Shown here one piece after another: positions 58,876 to 64,000 of a stretch of DNA of 64,000 nt. The stretch covers positions 32,001 to 96,000 of the forward strand of contig CBDCWP010000042.1 of the NCBI GenBank assembly GCA_965223505.1, given 5' to 3'. The position numbers and the translations under genes are program-made. The notes below the pieces were generated by a model. That model saw only the letters and a program-made list of their open reading frames with translations, did not search any database and was not told the DNA's origin. The stretch is from Planctomycetota bacterium (GTDB lineage Bacteria > Planctomycetota > PLA2 > JAEUHO01). Numbering within the stretch: position 1 is the stretch's first letter; each line of letters starts with the position of its first letter.

Positions 58876-61800
58876 CTAGCGGAAGTACCAGGGCTGACAG
58901 AGGCCGGTTTGCTCACATGCGTAGCCGAGGCGCTGGATCAACGTCAGGGCCTTGTCGCGGATCGGATGCGAGACGATGCCGCTTTCGCACGTGCCGTAGG
59001 TCGACCAGGGACCACCGCAATCGGTACCTGTCAGGTTGGGATACGGCATCGGAACCGGCGACGGCGCCGCCGGGGTCACGCACGCACCGAGGCTCGTCGT
59101 CAGTCCCTGACCGATCGCCTGGTTGAGCAACGACTGTGACAACGCGTTGTCGTGCATCACATATGCGTCGATCGGCGTGGATGCGCCGGCGTACGGGCTG
59201 TCGTAGGCGTGGGTGGCGTACGAAGGGGTACTCCCTGGGCGGTGCGTCGGATCCACCACCAACGGTGCCATCTCGAACGGACTCATGTGTGCGTTCGTCA
59301 CGAACGCGTCGGACGACGTCGACGTGCCGCGCGTGGCGTTCATCAGGTTGCTGCCCGCGTCGTGCCGGGTCCCGCGGCCGACGTACAGGGCGGCCCCGAC
59401 ACTGCCTCCGATCTTGAGCTTGCCGTCCTCGTACCCGATGACCGAGTGGTTCAAAGGCCTTTCGCCCGCGAATGACTCGACCGTCGTCGACGCTTCGTCG
59501 CGGAGCTGGAGCTCGAATTCGAGGCGATTGTCGTGGCACGCGTAGAAGATGCCTTCCTCTTCCATGAGCCGGTTCACGAAGTTCAGGTCGCTCTCGTTGT
59601 ACCGCGCGTTGTAGACCCGGCCCGTGATCACCGGCCGATCGGGATCGCCTTCCACGAACATCGTCGCCAGCACCTCGCTCTCGCGCAGGATCAACCCCAG
59701 CCCCGCGCCCTGCGCGCCGTTCCCGGAGCCGGAGACGGCGTACGAGCTGACGCGCGCCTTCTCGAGCTTGATGGTGTAGCGCCCCATCGGATCGGCGGCG
59801 TTGATGGGGTCGTTGCCCGCGAAGGCGAGCGGGTTGCCGTCGGATGCGGCGTCGCCGTACTTCCCCAGGGGATCGCGACAGGCGAACTCCGCGTCTCGGG
59901 GGTCGCGGTACCGGGCGCGGTGGTGGTAGAGCGCGGTGAACGTGTCCCAGCGCCGGCCGTGCTGCAGGAACGGGTTTTCCAGCGGGCTGCCGGCGGTTGC
60001 GGCGAGCGTCGTCGCGTCGTGCACGGAGGGGAAGTCGAGCACGCCGTAGGCGTTGAACTCCACCGGCGCGCCTTGCTCGTTCACGAGGTGCGTGACGTTG
60101 CCCGACGGTCCGCGCAGATGGAAGAAGTAGGCGTCCGGCGTGATGTCCCTGCCGGAGTCGGCGAACATCGCGTGGATCGAGTCGGTGCCCTCGCCGTAGA
60201 CGAATTCCCGCGTCAAGGTCTCCGGCAACGCGGCGGTCGAGACGCGCTCCTCGACGACGTGTTCGCCGTCGTACACGTAGTGCTCCGTGCGCAGGCCCTT
60301 GCCGCCGCCGCTGAACTCCTTGGACACGCGCCGTCCGAGCGCGTCGTAGGTGTTGACGCCGACAACCGCGTTGGGGTTGACCGCGAGCCGAACGGCGCGT
60401 AGACGGCCGAACCCGTCCCACTGCAGCAAACGCACGGGGTCCTCCGAGCGCATGCCGCAGCCCGTGCCGCCGCCGTCAGCCTGATACGGCGCATCGGCGA
60501 TCGCGTGCAGCGGCGTGCGATTGATCGCCCGGTTGGTGGTCCCGCCCGCGCCCAAGTCCTCGAAGACATTCTTGATCGCCTGCGCGCCGTCATACGTGAC
60601 GTCGACGTTTCGTTGCGCGGCGCCGCCGAGGCTCGTGGTCTCCATCGCGTCTTCGGTCGTGAGCCGGCCACGCGAGTCGTAGCTCCAGGCGAACGCCCGC
60701 GACATCTGCGGACCTCCGGGTGTGACATAGGCGTACGCCGCCGTGGTCATCTGGTCCGTGCGATTGCGCGCCGAGATCTGTACGCCGCCGACGCCGGCGC
60801 CCGGCTGATCGATGTGCGCCACGCTCGCGATCAACAGCTTGCCGTCGAACGTCGCGGTCGTTCGGCTGCGTTGCGTCCCGCCGATGAGCCTCTCGACGCG
60901 CAGCACCTGCGCCGTCCCCAGTCGTCGCAGCAGGATCTCGAGACGGTTCGGGGTCGCGGCGGGTTCGACGATGCCGGTCAGCTGATTGTGATCGTCGTAC
61001 TCGTACCGCAGCACGCGTCCCTCGGGGAAGTGCAGCGTGCTGCGCCGATCCGCGTCGTAGCTCGTTCCGGTCGCGACGCCGTTTTGCACCTCCTCGACGC
61101 GGCGGGAGAGCGAGTCGTACAGGAAGCGCACCGTCGCGTCGTCGCCCGCGTCGCCGGGCTCGTTGTTGTCCGTGCAGACGATCTTGCGGGAGAGCCCGTC
61201 GTAGTCGTAGGTGAGCTCCGTCGAGCCGACGTAGAGCGGCAGCGTCCCGCCGGCGATGGTCCGCGTCGGGTCGGGCGCGACGGTGTGACTGCGCAGCCGG
61301 TCGAGAGCGTCGTACGTGAACGTGTGGACGGTGCCGTTTTCGTCCGTCGACGACGTGACGCGGTGGTCGCGGTCGAACGTCCAGGTGCACACGCCGCCGT
61401 CGGGGTTCGTGCGCGAAACGCGCCGGTCGATCGCGTCGTAGGCGTACTGCGTCGTGTTGCCGGCGTCGTCTGTGCGCTCGGCGACGCGCCCGTTGGGATC
61501 CCACTCGCTCAGGAGCCGAATCAGACCGTCGTTGTTGTGGCTGTTCGTAGTGTCGAGCGCGTTGGCGCCCTCGCCGCCGACGCGTAGCTCGCGCGTGACG
61601 AGCCACGGGCGATCCACCCCGTCGTAGTCCACGAACAGACCGTTGCCGTGGCCGTTGATCGGTCCCGGAAACAGCGCGAGCGGGTCGCTGATCAGCACCC
61701 CGCGCGCGTCGTACTGCGCGGTCAGGTTCCCGCGGCTGTCGTACTCGAAGCGCGTGGTCTGTCCCTTCGGATCCGTGACGCGGGTGACGCGGTTCAGGAC

Positions 61801-63999
61801 GTCGTAGACGTAGTGCGTCGTGAGCGTCACCGGCGCGACGATCGACATCTCGCTCACGTGCACGGCTTCGGTGCGAACGACGTTGTCGTTCGGATCGTAG
61901 AGAAACCGTGTCTCGGTCGGCGTGGGCCCGGCGGGATCCACGATCGGCAAGCGCCGTGTGATCAGTCGGTCGGCGCCGTCGTAGACCTGCGCGTAGGTCG
62001 CGTCCCGGTCCTCGTGACGAAACGTCATGCGCCCGTTCGCGTCGTACTCCAGGATCGTGTTGATCTTGCCGTCGCCGGGGACCAGCGGCCCTTCCGTGAC
62101 CGTTGCACCGCTCGAGGGCGTCACGCCGGTCGCCAGGAACAGATCGCGATCGATGCGGAAGAGTCGGCTGTGCTCGTCGTACAGGAAGTCGCTCCCCGCA
62201 AGCAGAGTGTGGGCGCCGCCGCCCACGGCCGGACCGCGCGCCTCGTAGCGCACGCGGTTCCCCACCGGGTCGTACGCGCAAGTCTCGACGTTGCCTTCGC
62301 GGTCGGTGACGGCGATGCGCCGGTCGAAGCCGTCGTAGTCGTAGCGCGTGACGTCGCCGCCCTCCGCGTCGATGACCTGGACCCGGTTGCGGTTGTCGTC
62401 GTACAGGAAGGTTGCCGTCGAAGCATCGTTGCCTTGCCCGCCGAGCGTTCGGGCGTCGCACAGGTCGCGCGCGTCGTAGCGGAACAGACGGCGGTTCTCG
62501 CTCTGTTGGCCGGAGGTGGACGCGGGGGTGGCCACCTCGACGACGTTCTGGCTCGCGTCGTAGACGTACCGCGTCTCGAGTGCGGTCGGCTGCGCCGACG
62601 CGGGCACGGCCGGATCGCGCCGCGCATCGTGGGTCGCGGCGATGCGATCGTCGAGGATGTCGTACGCAAAGACGTGCGTGAAGACCGCGAGCCCGGGCAC
62701 GACCCCACTCTGGTGCGTGGTTCGGTCGGTCTTCTGATTCTCGACCTCGACACGGACCACGTTGTCGTTGGCGTCGTAGATGACGTCGCGCCGGTAGCCG
62801 TGCGACTGACCTGCGTCCACGACCGGCGCCTCGACGCGCACGATCTGATCGAGGGCGTTGTAGATCGTGATGAACTCGCTGCCGCGAGCGTCGTCGAATC
62901 GAATCTCGTTCCCTCGGCGGTCGCGCGTGAACGTGTGCGTTAGCGCCAGCGCCGGGCCCGGGTCCTGTCGGCGCGGTCCGATCGACGCGTCTTCGACGAC
63001 CTGCCGCAGGTATCCGCCGGTCGTGCCGTTGCGGCCCGGCGTGACGTCCTGGCCGTCGCCGTCGGGGTCGTTCTCGGGGAAGTAGGCAAACGTGTCCTGG
63101 TTGCCGCGCGGGTCCTCGAGCAACGTCAGCTGACCCAGGTCGTTCCAGACACAAAGCACCACGATGCCCTGCAGGTTGTCACCCTCGGTCGCCGCCTGCT
63201 CGGACGTGATGTCCAGGTGCACCGTCGGCGTGTCGACGCGTACGGGATTGCCCATCGACTGGTCGATACGACCGTCGAAGTTCAGGTCGCCCTGGTTGAG
63301 CAGGCCGGGCGGGATCGTGATGCCGAACTGGGCGGCCTGCGGCGGCGCGACCGTGTTCTCCATCCAGTCGTAGTGGTAGGTCGTGGTGTACCGCGCGGCC
63401 GACTGCGGTCCCCCGTTCTGGGGTAGATACGTGGCGTCGTTACCGCGCGGGTCCGTGACGGTGCGCACGAGGTTGTAGAGCGGCTCGTACGTGTAGGTCG
63501 TTCGCAGCTGCAGCTGATCGCCGCCGCGCCCGTCCGGGACGCAGGTGCGCGAGAGGAGGTTGCCGTGCCGGCAGCGGTCGGGGCTCGTGCTGTCGTACAC
63601 GAAGTCGACGCGGTTCCCGAGGGGCGTGGTGATGCGCGTCGGCAACCCGTCGCCGTTGTAGGTCACGTCGGTCGTGAAGCCGCCGCCGGACGGGGACTCG
63701 ACGGCGCGCAGACAGTGGCCGTCGCCGTCGTGGAAGTACTGGGTGGTGTTGCCGTTGCGGTCCACGACGGTCGTCATGGACGTCGATCCGGGCGGGCCGG
63801 CGACGGCGCCGAAGTCGTAGGTGTACGACAACGCGCCGCCCGCGGGCTGACCGGACGCGTTCGTCCCGCCGATCGTCTGCGAGACGACGCGGTCGAACCC
63901 GAACCCCGCGGCGCCGTACGTCACCTGGCGCGCCGGCGTGAGACTGGCATTCGCGACCTCGTTGGGTCGGATGACGCGCAGGAGGTTGCCGTTGAGACG
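58876..63999 (-). CDS. RHS/YD-repeat protein (5' part outside the window) with RHS core and unusual mosaic C-terminal tip
   Basis: Many YD repeats; RHS core NPFLQHGRRWD...LYHHRARYRDP...RDPLG...NDPINAADPMG; frame stays open to the window end. Confidence 0.93.
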   Translation of the reverse strand, partial: RLNGNLLRVIRPNEVANASLTPARQVTYGAAGFGFDRVVSQTIGGTNASGQPAGGALSYTYDFGAVAGPPGSTSMTTVVDRNGNTTQYFHDGDGHCLRAVESPSGGGFTTDVTYNGDGLPTRITTPLGNRVDFVYDSTSPDRCRHGNLLSRTCVPDGRGGDQLQLRTTYTYEPLYNLVRTVTDPRGNDATYLPQNGGPQSAARYTTTYHYDWMENTVAPPQAAQFGITIPPGLLNQGDLNFDGRIDQSMGNPVRVDTPTVHLDITSEQAATEGDNLQGIVVLCVWNDLGQLTLLEDPRGNQDTFAYFPENDPDGDGQDVTPGRNGTTGGYLRQVVEDASIGPRRQDPGPALALTHTFTRDRRGNEIRFDDARGSEFITIYNALDQIVRVEAPVVDAGQSHGYRRDVIYDANDNVVRVEVENQKTDRTTHQSGVVPGLAVFTHVFAYDILDDRIAATHDARRDPAVPASAQPTALETRYVYDASQNVVEVATPASTSGQQSENRRLFRYDARDLCDARTLGGQGNDASTATFLYDDNRNRVQVIDAEGGDVTRYDYDGFDRRIAVTDREGNVETCAYDPVGNRVRYEARGPAVGGGAHTLLAGSDFLYDEHSRLFRIDRDLFLATGVTPSSGATVTEGPLVPGDGKINTILEYDANGRMTFRHEDRDATYAQVYDGADRLITRRLPIVDPAGPTPTETRFLYDPNDNVVRTEAVHVSEMSIVAPVTLTTHYVYDVLNRVTRVTDPKGQTTRFEYDSRGNLTAQYDARGVLISDPLALFPGPINGHGNGLFVDYDGVDRPWLVTRELRVGGEGANALDTTNSHNNDGLIRLLSEWDPNGRVAERTDDAGNTTQYAYDAIDRRVSRTNPDGGVCTWTFDRDHRVTSSTDENGTVHTFTYDALDRLRSHTVAPDPTRTIAGGTLPLYVGSTELTYDYDGLSRKIVCTDNNEPGDAGDDATVRFLYDSLSRRVEEVQNGVATGTSYDADRRSTLHFPEGRVLRYEYDDHNQLTGIVEPAATPNRLEILLRRLGTAQVLRVERLIGGTQRSRTTATFDGKLLIASVAHIDQPGAGVGGVQISARNRTDQMTTAAYAYVTPGGPQMSRAFAWSYDSRGRLTTEDAMETTSLGGAAQRNVDVTYDGAQAIKNVFEDLGAGGTTNRAINRTPLHAIADAPYQADGGGTGCGMRSEDPVRLLQWDGFGRLRAVRLAVNPNAVVGVNTYDALGRRVSKEFSGGGKGLRTEHYVYDGEHVVEERVSTAALPETLTREFVYGEGTDSIHAMFADSGRDITPDAYFFHLRGPSGNVTHLVNEQGAPVEFNAYGVLDFPSVHDATTLAATAGSPLENPFLQHGRRWDTFTALYHHRARYRDPRDAEFACRDPLGKYGDAASDGNPLAFAGNDPINAADPMGRYTIKLEKARVSSYAVSGSGNGAQGAGLGLILRESEVLATMFVEGDPDRPVITGRVYNARYNESDLNFVNRLMEEEGIFYACHDNRLEFELQLRDEASTTVESFAGERPLNHSVIGYEDGKLKIGGSVGAALYVGRGTRHDAGSNLMNATRGTSTSSDAFVTNAHMSPFEMAPLVVDPTHRPGSTPSYATHAYDSPYAGASTPIDAYVMHDNALSQSLLNQAIGQGLTTSLGACVTPAAPSPVPMPYPNLTGTDCGGPWSTYGTCESGIVSHPIRDKALTLIQRLGYACEQTGLCQPWYFR

Positions 64000-64000
64000 G

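Noticed and set aside
59542..59676. Degraded vgrG pseudogene
   Set aside because: The motifs are in frame within the intact RHS ORF, in reversed order and flanked by non-VgrG motifs; no other VgrG sequence is visible.

Overview
High-GC bacterial chromosomal window, most likely Planctomycetota. This is inferred from the many secreted HEAT/vWA/TPR proteins, the DUF1800-DUF1501 pair, the multiheme cytochrome and the carboxypeptidase-repeat protein. Most of it is housekeeping (clpS, gcvT/gcvH, lgt, tsaE, thiL, thiE, dapB, accB/accC, asd, moaC) and envelope/polysaccharide genes (WecA-like, Wzm/Wzt, GT2, two SDR nucleotide-sugar enzymes, wecB), mixed with large secreted helical-repeat proteins. It also holds an ECF sigma factor with a frameshifted anti-sigma, a complete IS481 element inserted at a GTAG-type REP cluster, a second REP cluster, and the 3' part of a large RHS/YD-repeat gene. 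The most striking observation is the RHS C-terminal tip after the DPxG cleavage motif. It is not a recognisable toxin but an in-frame patchwork of short signature peptides from different type VI secretion/contractile-injection proteins (Hcp, two VgrG segments in reversed order, DUF4150 PAAR-like), and no immunity gene follows it. All family assignments come from motif recognition by eye; no database searches were run.
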